From the IMG/VR virus record IMGVR_UViG_3300006175_000002, positions 1 through 64,000 of that record: a DNA stretch of 64,000 nt; one strand, written 5' to 3'. Every line of letters begins with the position of its first letter. Positions within the stretch are counted from its first letter, which is position 1. The notes beneath the pieces are model-generated. The model was not told the origin of the DNA and made no database searches. It worked only from the letters and a program-made list of their open reading frames with translations. Positions 1-9,188 of this stretch are shown piece by piece. The stretch is from a virus. The translations under genes and the position numbers were made by a program.

Positions 1-1772
1 ACGCATAAGCGGACGGGCCCCCCGGCGGATGCCGACGGGGGCTCGTATTCACCAGCTTCGCTCGATGGTGACTCAGAGTGATTGTTACGGGGGTTTGTGA
101 CAACAGATTGTATACCTGTCACATCGTCACTTCCGTCACAACTGTCACAACGCTCGGTCTTCTCACTAACCCCTCTGTCACAAGAGAGAGTTTGTGACAG
201 CGTTGTGACAGGGGTGATAGTGGGGCTGACCTGCGGTTGTGACAGTTGTGACGATTGTAGGGGGATACGCGCGCGCGCGCGCGAGGCTGGTGACACCACG
301 TAGTTGCCCCTTGTGGGCGTTTCGAGTACTTTGCGGTCGACGAGGCGTCTGAGGGTTTGGCGGATGGTGGCTGGTTTGATGTCGTCGGCGAAGTGGTCGC
401 TGATCTGGCCGGCGCTGAGCGGGTGTCCGTATTCGGTGAGGTATTCGACGATCTGTTCGGCGATGTCTGACATTGGCTGTTCGACTTGGTGGGTACGGTT
501 GAGTATATTTTCGGCGGTTTGGTCGGTTTCTCCGGTCCAGCGGAGCCGGCCGACGTGGGCGTCGCCGTCGGCGGTTTCCAACGTGACCGAGTCGATCGTG
601 TAGGTGAGGTTCGGGAGGTCGCTGCGGCCGAGGTTGTTTTTGCCTTGGGACACGACGCAGGTGTAGTCGTCGGCGGTTTTGTCGTGGGCGATCGCGATGA
701 CGGCGCGGGCGACTTCTCCCCACGCCCGCGATCCGGAGATCATCGACAGGACGTCGGTGCCGGTGGACTTGTTGAAGTGGACGAGGGCGACGACGGCCAG
801 CTCCGCGACTTCGGCGGCGCGGCGCAACGGTTCGAGAGCATGCCGCAGGTCGTTCGCTTTGAACGTGTTGATCTCTTCGTCGATGAGGGACAGGATCGGG
901 TCGCACATCAGCACCGCGGCGTCGACTTTCGCGGCGACGTCGGGGAGGTGGCGGCAGTCGCGGGGCAGGTTCAGGGAGACGGGGTCGGTGCCGGCGGGTT
1001 CAACGTCGATGCGGTACACGAGGTCGAGGTTCGCGCCGGCGGCGAGCATGCGCGGGGCGATCGTGTAGTGCCAGGAGTCTTCGGAGGCGGCGTAGAGGAC
1101 GGCTTTGGGGTGGCCGTGGTGGAGGCCGGGGAGGTTGCCGTTGGTGATCGCGGCGGCCATCCAGGCGAGGTACGTCGACTTGCCGGTCCCTTCCCGCCCG
1201 GGGATGAGGGTGATTTCTCCCCTTGGGATGCGTTGGTCCCAGACCCATTTCACGGGGCGGATGTCGAATGAGCTGGCCCGGGTGAGGCGAATGTTGCCGG
1301 GGGTGCTGTGCCCGTTGCTCGACGGCGGTGTGAGGGCGTCGTGGGCGGCCTGTAGCGCCTCCTGGGCCAGTTTCGAGCGCTGGTCCGTGTCGGACAGCCC
1401 GGCGGCGTTGCGGAGCCTCTCAGCGGCGGCGTGGAGGGTGCGGGTTTGGTGGGCGTCGGTGACGATTCGGGCGTAGTGGGGTGCGTGGCTGGGGTCGGGG
1501 CATGCCTGCGCGCAGGTGTGCAGGTACGCGGCGCCGCCGGGCAGTCTTGCGAGCATGCCGGTTTGGGTGAGGTCGTGGGCGATGAGGATGTCGGATACGG
1601 GTTCGTGTTCGTCGACGCGGGCGCTGATCAGGGTCCAGATGTGGGCGTGGCGGGCGTCGGCGAACTGGTCGGGGGTGAGGAGGAGGGTGGTGAGGGGGGT
1701 TTGGAGGGCGGCGCCGATGAGTGCCTGCTCAGCGGCGGTGACGGTCGGATCCCCCACGACGGGTTGGGTCAC
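1..1772 (-). CDS. Replication protein: DnaB-like N-terminal domain + AAA (RepA/AAA_25-like) ATPase + C-terminal wHTH; 3' end runs off the window
   Basis: Not in the ORF track because it has no stop in the window. Manual translation from GTG 1772 gives AAEQALIGAAL...F.DARHAHIW (DnaB-N like), Walker A GREGTGKS, Walker B VLMCDP, and VHFNK...SGSRAW. Confidence 0.8.
   Translation of the reverse strand, partial: MTQPVVGDPTVTAAEQALIGAALQTPLTTLLLTPDQFADARHAHIWTLISARVDEHEPVSDILIAHDLTQTGMLARLPGGAAYLHTCAQACPDPSHAPHYARIVTDAHQTRTLHAAAERLRNAAGLSDTDQRSKLAQEALQAAHDALTPPSSNGHSTPGNIRLTRASSFDIRPVKWVWDQRIPRGEITLIPGREGTGKSTYLAWMAAAITNGNLPGLHHGHPKAVLYAASEDSWHYTIAPRMLAAGANLDLVYRIDVEPAGTDPVSLNLPRDCRHLPDVAAKVDAAVLMCDPILSLIDEEINTFKANDLRHALEPLRRAAEVAELAVVALVHFNKSTGTDVLSMISGSRAWGEVARAVIAIAHDKTADDYTCVVSQGKNNLGRSDLPNLTYTIDSVTLETADGDAHVGRLRWTGETDQTAENILNRTHQVEQPMSDIAEQIVEYLTEYGHPLSAGQISDHFADDIKPATIRQTLRRLVDRKVLETPTRGNYVVSPASRARARIPLQSSQLSQPQVSPTITPVTTLSQTLSCDRGVSEKTERCDSCDGSDDVTGIQSVVTNPRNNHSESPSSEAGEYEPPSASAGGPVRLC
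95..296. repeat. Iteron-like repeats (TGTCACA/TGTGACA core), putative replication origin inside the rep gene
   Basis: About ten GTCAC/GTGAC cores in both orientations in a locally AT-richer stretch, plus a (CG)n run at ~268-282. Confidence 0.6.
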
Positions 1773-2227
1773 GATGCCTCCCACAGCATGCGGGGGATGC
1801 CGTCCACGCCCCGGTCGGCGCGTGGCCGGCTCGGGGTGTCCCATCCGGTGCGGGCGGCTCGTTGGGCCACGACACGCCATCCTGCGGCCCGCAGCGACGC
1901 CCCGGACTCGCCGGTTTGGGTGTAGGTGATGAGGCGGGTGTAGCCGAGGGCTGTAGTGGCGCGCCAGCAGGCGCCGTACAGCATCGACGAGGTGTTCGGG
2001 GTGCCGTCGGTGGCGACGCGGGTGACTTCGAGGGTGGTGCCGTCGTCGAAGTGCCGGCCGACGGGTCGGCCGACGATCGCGACGCCGCGGAGCACGCGCG
2101 CTTCGTCGGCGACGCCGACGCTGAATTTGCAGCCTACGGGCGGTGCGTGGTGGCGGTGCCAGAGGGTGACGAACCCGCAGGCGTCGCGGAACGACACGGG
2201 GACGAGGGCAAGTTTGGGTTGGGTCAT
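1769..2227 (-). CDS. XF1762-family protein (Mom/GNAT-like fold suspected)
   Basis: WHRHHAPPVGCKF...GVAIVGRPV...LEVTRVATDGTPN...LITYTQ.GESGASLRAAGW; GTGA overlap with the rep gene. Confidence 0.7.
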   Translation of the reverse strand: MTQPKLALVPVSFRDACGFVTLWHRHHAPPVGCKFSVGVADEARVLRGVAIVGRPVGRHFDDGTTLEVTRVATDGTPNTSSMLYGACWRATTALGYTRLITYTQTGESGASLRAAGWRVVAQRAARTGWDTPSRPRADRGVDGIPRMLWEAS

Positions 2228-3117
2228 GTGTCCCCCTCGTCGGTGGTGGGGGCACCGGACCGGCAACCGTATGGGGAGCACCCGTCCGGGTCGCCGTCCT
2301 CATCAGGGTCGAACAGGGCCGGCTGGCCCCGGCTGAGGTCCAGGGCGGCTTGGCTGCGCCAGTCGATCGGGGCGATCGACAGCGGTACCCGCGACCGGTG
2401 CAGGTACGCGGTACCGCGCATCGCGTCGCCGCGGGCACCGCCGTGGCGGATCGCTTCGTCGAACTCAACCGCGTCAGCCCACTCGTCGGGGTGGTCGTCG
2501 CGGAGGGCACGCCAGCGGGCGTTGCCGTTGTAGGGGCAGCCGATGCACGCCGATTTCGCGACCCCGTGCCAGCCGTGATTGGTGAGCCACCGGGCGCAGT
2601 CGTCGCGGGTCATGCCCATGTCGATCAGCGGGTATGTGGGCTGCGCGTAGGCGGGTGCCCGGTCTGATACGCGTCCGATTTCGTCGGTGGTGAACCCGAT
2701 CCACTGCCGGGCGACGTGGCCTTTCGGTACTCGTTTGTAGTCGGGTGCGGCGGCGCCGAGGAGTTCCCGGACTTTCCGGTTGATGGGGGTGATTTTGTAT
2801 TCGTGGGTGCATTGGCGGCGGCCCATGCCGTCGCTGCCGTTGGGGTTCGCGACGTACCAGGGGATCGACGCGTAACGGTGGGTGGGGTTGAGGGTGTCGT
2901 GGCGCAGGTTGCCGGAGCTGACCCGGTAGAGGGGGATCCCGGCGCGGGTGAGGACGGCTTCGATACGGTCGAGGTGGGCGTACACGGCGGCGGGTTCCCA
3001 CCCGGTGTCAGCGAAGATGGCCCCGTCGAGGCCGGGGAGGGTGCCGTCGCAGGCCATGAGGGCGAGGGTGGTGGATTGGACACCGGCGCCGAGGCTGAGC
3101 AGGGTCAGACGCGTCAT
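2224..3117 (-). CDS. PAPS-reductase-like / PP-loop adenine nucleotide alpha-hydrolase
   Basis: LSLGAGVQST, IFADTGWE, RQCT.EYKI.PI, WIGFTTDE, YPLIDMG, KSACIGCPY. Confidence 0.75.
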   Translation of the reverse strand: MTRLTLLSLGAGVQSTTLALMACDGTLPGLDGAIFADTGWEPAAVYAHLDRIEAVLTRAGIPLYRVSSGNLRHDTLNPTHRYASIPWYVANPNGSDGMGRRQCTHEYKITPINRKVRELLGAAAPDYKRVPKGHVARQWIGFTTDEIGRVSDRAPAYAQPTYPLIDMGMTRDDCARWLTNHGWHGVAKSACIGCPYNGNARWRALRDDHPDEWADAVEFDEAIRHGGARGDAMRGTAYLHRSRVPLSIAPIDWRSQAALDLSRGQPALFDPDEDGDPDGCSPYGCRSGAPTTDEGDT

Positions 3118-4142
3118 GGGGTGGCCTCCTCGACGTTCGGGTACTGGTCCCAAGTGCGTCCGTCGAGGAGCCGGCCGGCGGCTTTTTTGCCAACACGGGA
3201 GATGATCGTGGCGCTTGCGGTGCCGGGTTCGTTGCGGAGCCGGGCCCGGGTTAGGTCCGTGGCTGGTGTTCCGCCGTGGAAGTGGGCGGTTACCGGTTCG
3301 TGGCGGCCGTCGATGACGATCACGTGGTCGGTGTCGTGGCGGCCGGCGGGGAGTCGGGAGCCGTCCTGCCACTCGCCCCACTGCTTGAACAGGAACGGCA
3401 CGCTAGCGGTCACGCACTGGTCGCGGAGGGAGCGGAACCAGTCCGGGTGTGCGGGGCGGGCGCCGGGCCCGGACTCGCCGCCGGTGACGACCCAGTCGAG
3501 GCGTCGGGTCGCGGTGAGCCACGGGTTCAGGAGGTGGACCGGGCCGAGGAGCGGTTCAGCGCTGATCCAGCGGACCACGGCGGGCGTGTTCAGCAGCGCG
3601 GGTACCCGGATGTCGGCCCACTGCTGGTTTTCGACAGACACACCCAACCAGCAATTGGGCAGCGGCCACCGGTCGCCGAGGATGTCGCCCTGGTCCAGGT
3701 TGTTGGCGAGGAACACCGATTCGCGAAACGTGTCGTTGGTCAGCAGCGACCGCATCCGGGCGTGCCGCTTCGTCAAGATCTGAAACGTGTGCTGCGGGGC
3801 GGCGGCCATGACCGCGAACACCTGGGCGATGTAGTCGTCCGGTACGCCGTCATGGAACAGGTCGCTCATCGAGTTGACGAAGATGCGGCGGGGCTTCCGG
3901 ATTCGCAGCGGGATCGTCAGTGCATCGTTGTGGACGGCCACCCCGAAGCCGGGGCCGCTGGTACGCGGGTCGCCGTCGGTCTGGTACTTCGCCGAGCCCA
4001 TGCCCTTGAGGCGCTTCGCCATCGTCATGGCGTAGCAGTGGTCGCAGCCTGATGACACTCGGTCACAGCCCGTGGTAGGGTTCCACACCATACCCGGCGA
4101 ACCGTCTGCGCCCCTCGTCCACTCAATTGATGTCGTGGCCAT
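3114..4142 (-). CDS. DUF5131 (phage Gp37/Gp68) radical-SAM-like protein
   Basis: TSIEWT, WNPTTGCDRVSSGCDHCYA, IFVNSMSDLFH, QILTKR, WLGVSVE, SAEPLLG, GGESG, FLFKQWG. Confidence 0.9.
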   Translation of the reverse strand: MATTSIEWTRGADGSPGMVWNPTTGCDRVSSGCDHCYAMTMAKRLKGMGSAKYQTDGDPRTSGPGFGVAVHNDALTIPLRIRKPRRIFVNSMSDLFHDGVPDDYIAQVFAVMAAAPQHTFQILTKRHARMRSLLTNDTFRESVFLANNLDQGDILGDRWPLPNCWLGVSVENQQWADIRVPALLNTPAVVRWISAEPLLGPVHLLNPWLTATRRLDWVVTGGESGPGARPAHPDWFRSLRDQCVTASVPFLFKQWGEWQDGSRLPAGRHDTDHVIVIDGRHEPVTAHFHGGTPATDLTRARLRNEPGTASATIISRVGKKAAGRLLDGRTWDQYPNVEEATP

Positions 4143-4636
4143 TACTCGGCTCTCCTTCGTTCGTGCTCTCGCCGGTGATGACAGGCCGAGCAGACCGCCT
4201 CGACGTCCTCGTGGTGGTCCGCGGCGTAGCCACGATGGTGGTCATATTCGTGTCGGATCTGACCTGGACCGGTTTCGTGCCCGCAGTCCATGCAAGCCAC
4301 ATCGTTGGGGGGCGGGATCTGGCCGATTTCGATCAGGTAGTTGACTCGTCGGCGGGCCTGGTGGCCGTCCCCGTCCCGCGCCGGAACGGTCCGCCTACCG
4401 GAGGGGACACGTTGCCGGGGTATGTACGCCGCCCTGCACTGTGCGTTTCGGAAGTCACGGCAGGTGGGGACCAGGCCGTCGCCTCGGCTGCGGTCTGTTG
4501 CGAACCGGTCGGCTGGATGCCAGGCCCTACAGCCCATGCACCACTTCTCGCCGGCCGCGCGTCGTCGGGTGTACTCCTCGGGGGTCACACCGATGCGGGC
4601 TGCCGCCGTTTTCAACGCTCCGGAGCCGCTACCCAC
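4142..4636 (-). CDS. Zn-binding HNH-like endonuclease
   Basis: WCMGC...C; CMDCG...HEYDHH.GY...DVEAVCSACH. Confidence 0.65.
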   Translation of the reverse strand: MGSGSGALKTAAARIGVTPEEYTRRRAAGEKWCMGCRAWHPADRFATDRSRGDGLVPTCRDFRNAQCRAAYIPRQRVPSGRRTVPARDGDGHQARRRVNYLIEIGQIPPPNDVACMDCGHETGPGQIRHEYDHHRGYAADHHEDVEAVCSACHHRREHERRRAE

Positions 4637-4978
4637 GGTCGCCTCCGACCGTGTGACGCCTGTCGATGCGACTAGGGTCGGGTTGCGGTGGTGACCCCCA
4701 CATGTTGTGGTCTACAGTGGTGGGTGTGCGGGAATGAGTCATGGAGCCGTTCCTCCTTGATGCCAGGTCGAGGAGACCGGTTGGTGGTGTTCCACGGTGT
4801 TTGGGGTGTTGCGGCCCTGCGGGAGTGTCTCAGGCTCCCGTGGGGCCGTTTCGTTTGTTCAAGGGGCGGGGCCTTTCCGGGGGGTGGTGGAAGTGTGCCA
4901 TCGACGTTGGCGGCGACGCACCCCCCGGCAGGTGCGGGTGATGCGTCGCCGCAGGGGGTGATGCGGGCCCGGCCGGGC

Positions 4979-5176
4979 TTACCGTTTCGTGGCGGTGACA
5001 AGTCCGGTGACCGCGGCGGCGACAGCGGCGGTGAGGGCCAGGGCGGCGGCGAGGCGCCGGTTGTCGCGGCGGGTGGGTCGGCTGATCCGCCAGAGCCACG
5101 CCCCGACCAGGACGGTAAGGACGGCGGCGGCGCCGATCATGTCGCGGTGGGTCCAGCCCATGTCATGCCAACGCAT
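4979..5176 (-). CDS. Small membrane protein
   Basis: Two hydrophobic segments; GGAGGAG SD. Confidence 0.6.
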   Translation of the reverse strand: MRWHDMGWTHRDMIGAAAVLTVLVGAWLWRISRPTRRDNRRLAAALALTAAVAAAVTGLVTATKR

Positions 5177-5237
5177 GTGTTTTCTCCTCCAGAAACGGTG
5201 CGGGGCGGGCAGGGTCGCTGCCCGCCCCGCGGGTGGT

Positions 5238-5888
5238 TCAGCCCAGCAGTGCCGCGTCGGTGACGGTGTAGGAGCCGTGCGACACCCACACGTACCCGGT
5301 CTTCTTGGCGTACTCGACCTGGAACATTGTTGATTTCGCGACCTCGGAGCTGAATCCGTTGATCGTGCCCGCGAACGCCATGATGGGGTTGTTCCACTGG
5401 TCGCAGACTTGCGCTACTCCGGCGGTGCCGACGAATCGGTTCCGGACGGATCGCCACGCGAAGTTGACGAGGGGGATGCTGCGGTCGTTGTTGTGGATGC
5501 GCAGGTTCGCGAACTGTTGCGAGTCGGCGAACAGTGCTCCTTGGGCGTCGTCGGATACGTAGACGGTGGTGAATCCGACGGTGCGGATCTGGCTGTCGCC
5601 GCAGGTGATGAGCACCACGGATGAGTCGCCGGTCTTGTCGCCGTGGGCGTTGTAGACGTCGAATTGGTGGTCGGGGGCGAAGTCCATGCTGGCGCAGTGC
5701 GCGGAGTAGACGAGTTGCCCGTCCGGGCCGTAGTTGTAGACGGTGCCGGATGTGTGGCCGAGGGCGCGCATCGCGTCGGCGATCCAGTTCTTGGTGGATG
5801 AGCAGCCGCTCATGCTGGCCAGGAGTGCGACGGCCACGCCGACGCTGGCGATGGTGGTGGCGATTCGACGGTTCACGGTGATGTTCAT
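5238..5888 (-). CDS. Lipoprotein, DUF5052-like
   Basis: Signal peptide with lipobox MSGC; SSVVLIT, KST, SYTVTDAALL ending; strong SD. Confidence 0.6.
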   Translation of the reverse strand: MNITVNRRIATTIASVGVAVALLASMSGCSSTKNWIADAMRALGHTSGTVYNYGPDGQLVYSAHCASMDFAPDHQFDVYNAHGDKTGDSSVVLITCGDSQIRTVGFTTVYVSDDAQGALFADSQQFANLRIHNNDRSIPLVNFAWRSVRNRFVGTAGVAQVCDQWNNPIMAFAGTINGFSSEVAKSTMFQVEYAKKTGYVWVSHGSYTVTDAALLG

Positions 5889-5948
5889 GGGGTGTGTGTT
5901 TTCTCCTCCTACGGATGCCCGGCGGCGGAATGGTCGCCGGGCCCTTTT

Positions 5949-6155
5949 TCAGTGTGTTGGGCGTCGGTCAACGTGGCTGAGGGCCCAGCCGTACAACGCA
6001 CCAGCGACCACGCCGACAGCCCAGGTGACCAGTTGGCTATCAGGGTCTTTCTGCGCCCACGTGATCGGCGTGACCGTCACCAGGCCCGCGGCGGCGCCGA
6101 CGGTGATGCACCACAGCCGGCGACCGTGACCAACGGGGATGGGGGTGGCGGTCAT
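5949..6155 (-). CDS. Small membrane protein
   Basis: Two hydrophobic helices; stop/start overlap with the upstream gene. Confidence 0.55.
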   Translation of the reverse strand: MTATPIPVGHGRRLWCITVGAAAGLVTVTPITWAQKDPDSQLVTWAVGVVAGALYGWALSHVDRRPTH

Positions 6156-6970
6156 GCTAGTGGGGTGCCGAGCAGGACCGGCCGCCCGATGTGCTCGGTG
6201 ACCTCACCCACAACGGCGGCGAATGCCCCGTCGATGACGTCGGCGAGCTGGACCAGCTTGTACGACAGGGTGAGTTTGTCGCCACGAACCCGGAACCGCA
6301 GCAGCGCGGTCAGGTCGACGGTGGTGGGCATGTTCCGCCACACCGGCAACCGGACCTCGATGGTGCGGGGGACCGCGATCGTTCCGGTGGACATGGACGC
6401 GTCGACCTGTTCCACGTACTGGAGCATGCGTTGCCCGGACTGCATCTTGACCGCCGACTTGAACGATGCGGTGGTCGTCGCCTCGAAGTGTTGAACCATT
6501 TCGACAAGGTCCGCAGCTTCGGGGGCAACGATGAAGGGCATCTGCTCGTCGAGGAACTCCCCGAACTGTTCCTGCGTCATGCCCTGATCGTTGAACTGCT
6601 TCCACGCCTTCATGGGGTCGGAGAGGGTGAGGGTGCACACGGCGCGGTGCTGCTGCCAGTCCGGGCCCATGCCGCCGGTGGCGTCGTGGGCGTCGAGGAC
6701 GGCCTCGAACCGGTGCCGGGTCGGGTCGGCGAACATGTCGCTGATCGGGTCGGCGTGCTTGTCCCAGTAAGTGAACAGAGACGCGATGTCGGTGACGTTG
6801 GTGGTGCCCCGGATCCGTTTGGGCGCGTCGGCCCACTGCTCGCCGGTGAGGTCGATTTCGACGATGCCGCCGGCAGGGTTGGGGATGGCGTAGTACTTGC
6901 CGGGCTCGAGGACCTGCGGTTCGTAGGCGGTGGCGGCGAGGTCGATGATGGTCTGAATGTCGTCGCTCAT
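6152..6970 (-). CDS. DUF2303 (YfdQ-like) protein
   Basis: W..HRAV..L..S...KAW, Q.QFGEFLDE, F.SAV.MQSG, LRFRV...L.L.YKL. Confidence 0.8.
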   Translation of the reverse strand: MSDDIQTIIDLAATAYEPQVLEPGKYYAIPNPAGGIVEIDLTGEQWADAPKRIRGTTNVTDIASLFTYWDKHADPISDMFADPTRHRFEAVLDAHDATGGMGPDWQQHRAVCTLTLSDPMKAWKQFNDQGMTQEQFGEFLDEQMPFIVAPEAADLVEMVQHFEATTTASFKSAVKMQSGQRMLQYVEQVDASMSTGTIAVPRTIEVRLPVWRNMPTTVDLTALLRFRVRGDKLTLSYKLVQLADVIDGAFAAVVGEVTEHIGRPVLLGTPLA

Positions 6971-7332
6971 GTTTGGCTCCCTACTGCGTGGAGCGCACTC
7001 CGGCCGGCGACACCGGGTATCTCCAGTTGCCGCGGGTCGGTGCGGGACAGGCCACCCTCTTCGGTGCCGTAGAACACCCCGGTTGAGTCGTCTTTGGGTG
7101 TCCTCGACGCGATTACGGCGGTGATGTTCAGGGCGCCGTCTTGGCTGCCACCCTTGACCGTCGGTTCGACCTTGAACGTCAACGTCATTGTGCCGGGTTT
7201 GCCGGTGGTGATGACGGCGGCGACGAGGTCGGCGAGGGCTTCGGAGGCGCGGGCGGCGGCGGTGCCCCTTTGGATCTGTTGCAGGACTGTGCCGAACGGG
7301 ACAATTTCCCGATCAGCGTTCTTGTCGGCCAT
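6967..7332 (-). CDS. Conserved partner of DUF2303 (YfdP-like)
   Basis: L..LV.AV.TTGK.GT.TL...V.P; FY...G.LSRTDPRQ. Confidence 0.7.
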   Translation of the reverse strand: MADKNADREIVPFGTVLQQIQRGTAAARASEALADLVAAVITTGKPGTMTLTFKVEPTVKGGSQDGALNITAVIASRTPKDDSTGVFYGTEEGGLSRTDPRQLEIPGVAGRSALHAVGSQT

Positions 7333-7366
7333 GTGGGGTTTCCTTTCGGTGAGGTGTGTCAGTGTC

Positions 7367-7882
7367 TCACAGGTGCGTGTCCACGCGCGAGGATGCATTG
7401 TCGGACACGTCGGTAATGGTGACCGTGACCCTGCCGTAGCCTTTCTTCCGCCCGATCGGTGGGCCGAATGTGAGGTGCGGCCCGTCGAGGTGGTCGGGGT
7501 CGTCGTCGGGAATGAGTCCGTATCCCAACTCGGTGACGATGCCCCCGGCGGCGGAGCGGCTGCGGTACTGCCGGCCGGGGCCGAGCGCGTCGACGAGGGC
7601 TTTGACGGAGTACGGCTGGTAGTTGGGTGTGTCGCGGCGGCCGGCGGTCGGGAACTGCAACACGACGTCGATGCGTGCCCGGGTCAGTCCTTGGGGTAGG
7701 TGGGCGTGTTGGGCGTAGGCGTACATCGCCTCGCGCCAGGTCTTTTTGTTCGGGGCGGTGACGCGCCAGTGTTTCGCGGTGTTGATGGACAAGATCTTGT
7801 CGGGGGCGGGGAAGGTGAGTACCCACCGGCCGGGGGTGTTCGTGTCGAGGGTGAGGAAGTCGACCAGGGGTGGTTGGGTCAT
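7367..7882 (-). CDS. RusA-like Holliday junction resolvase
   Basis: LSIN...HW, RRDTPNY...KALVDAL, GLIPDDD. Confidence 0.7.
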   Translation of the reverse strand: MTQPPLVDFLTLDTNTPGRWVLTFPAPDKILSINTAKHWRVTAPNKKTWREAMYAYAQHAHLPQGLTRARIDVVLQFPTAGRRDTPNYQPYSVKALVDALGPGRQYRSRSAAGGIVTELGYGLIPDDDPDHLDGPHLTFGPPIGRKKGYGRVTVTITDVSDNASSRVDTHL

Positions 7883-8073
7883 GGCCATACCGCCCGGATG
7901 ACGACGCCGTCGCCGGCGGCGTGGCGGCCCGTGTGGTTGTCCAGTCGGGTACAGAACCAGGCGGCCCACTCCGCGCGACAACGATTGTGGAACGTCATGA
8001 GGGGGGTGTAGTCCGGTGGCAGTGTTGACAGGTCGTTCAGGTTTGTTGAGTCCCATGCCATCGCCGGGATCAT
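7879..8073 (-). CDS. Hypothetical small Cys/His protein
   Basis: ATGA overlap; C..CTR...H.G.H motif. Confidence 0.5.
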   Translation of the reverse strand: MIPAMAWDSTNLNDLSTLPPDYTPLMTFHNRCRAEWAAWFCTRLDNHTGRHAAGDGVVIRAVWP

Positions 8074-8159
8074 CGGGGCTTCCTTCCGGGTGGTGGCCCC
8101 CGGGGCGGGTTGGTCCCTTCGCAGCGACAGCAGCGCCCAACCCGCCCCGGGGAGTTTTC

Positions 8160-8492
8160 TCAGTGTGTAAACAGATAGACGATTTCGGTGGCGGCGCCGA
8201 AGAACCCGAGCGCCATCACGGTTGTCGCAAATGACTGGGGCCACGTCGTGGCCCGGTCGGTGCGGGCGAGCATCTCGACCTCGTGCCATTTGCAGTCGTG
8301 GACTTGGAACGCCAACCGGTTTTCCTCCTGGTTGTCGCCGCAGGCCCGGAACCCGCACGGGCACTGGACGTAGGGCAACTCCGGCGTGGTCGGTGGGTCG
8401 GCGACCGCGTCGGCGCGGTCCAAGCCAGCGACTAGGGCGGCGCGGCCCAACTCGTCCAGCGACGGCCGCGGATCATGCTGTGTGGTGGTCAT
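8160..8492 (-). CDS. Hypothetical protein with C-terminal TM segment
   Basis: ATGA overlap; CPCG motif; hydrophobic tail. Confidence 0.55.
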   Translation of the reverse strand: MTTTQHDPRPSLDELGRAALVAGLDRADAVADPPTTPELPYVQCPCGFRACGDNQEENRLAFQVHDCKWHEVEMLARTDRATTWPQSFATTVMALGFFGAATEIVYLFTH

Positions 8493-8860
8493 ACTTTCTC
8501 CGTTTTCATGATGTCGGCGAATAGGAACAGTTCGCCGGGCTCGGTGGGCAGGTTCGAGATCCCTATCACCCGCTGGCCGGTTCCACTGCCCTCGATGAGG
8601 GCGAACACGGTCCGGCCGCGGACCTCCTCCCATGACCTGACACCGCAGGCCCGGACGACGCGCATCACGAACTCCATGCCCCGCGCCGTCCCGACCCGCG
8701 GCCGGCCACGTTCGACGTGTTCGTCCAGCTCGTAGTTGCCTGCGCTCTGGCCGGCGCTACCGTAGTCGAGGGTCAGTGACGCGGTGAAATGGCCGTGGTC
8801 CTCGACGCCGAGGAACGTGCTGGTGATGCGGGCAATCTCCCGCCGGTAAATCTCAATCAC
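8489..8860 (-). CDS. Conserved phage hypothetical protein
   Basis: ARITSTFLGVEDHG...LTLDY...GV.SWEE. Confidence 0.65.
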   Translation of the reverse strand: MIEIYRREIARITSTFLGVEDHGHFTASLTLDYGSAGQSAGNYELDEHVERGRPRVGTARGMEFVMRVVRACGVRSWEEVRGRTVFALIEGSGTGQRVIGISNLPTEPGELFLFADIMKTEKV

Positions 8861-9188
8861 GATTCTCCTCCCGCCACCCGCGGCTGAAGAGAACGTCCAA
8901 CTTCGCCGCGATCGCCTTCGGCAGATCCACGCCCAACGTGACCGCCGAAACGAACGCGGTGATGACCACATCCGCCAACTCAGCCTCCACGTCGGAGAAC
9001 GGCCCCGACCGGCGGGCCAGACCTGACCAGCGGCGTACCGCACCAACGAACTCGCCGACTTCCTCGGCCAGCGCCAGAGTCTGGCGGGTGGCGGGCGCCT
9101 CGGTGTACCCGGCGCCCTTGATTTGCTGCTCGATCTCGTCGGCGATGAGCATCATGTCGCCAAGCGTGGCACGCTCGTTCGTCACCAT
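8853..9188 (-). CDS. MazG-like nucleotide pyrophosphohydrolase
   Basis: LAEEVGE...EAELADV motif. Confidence 0.85.
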   Translation of the reverse strand: MVTNERATLGDMMLIADEIEQQIKGAGYTEAPATRQTLALAEEVGEFVGAVRRWSGLARRSGPFSDVEAELADVVITAFVSAVTLGVDLPKAIAAKLDVLFSRGWREENRD

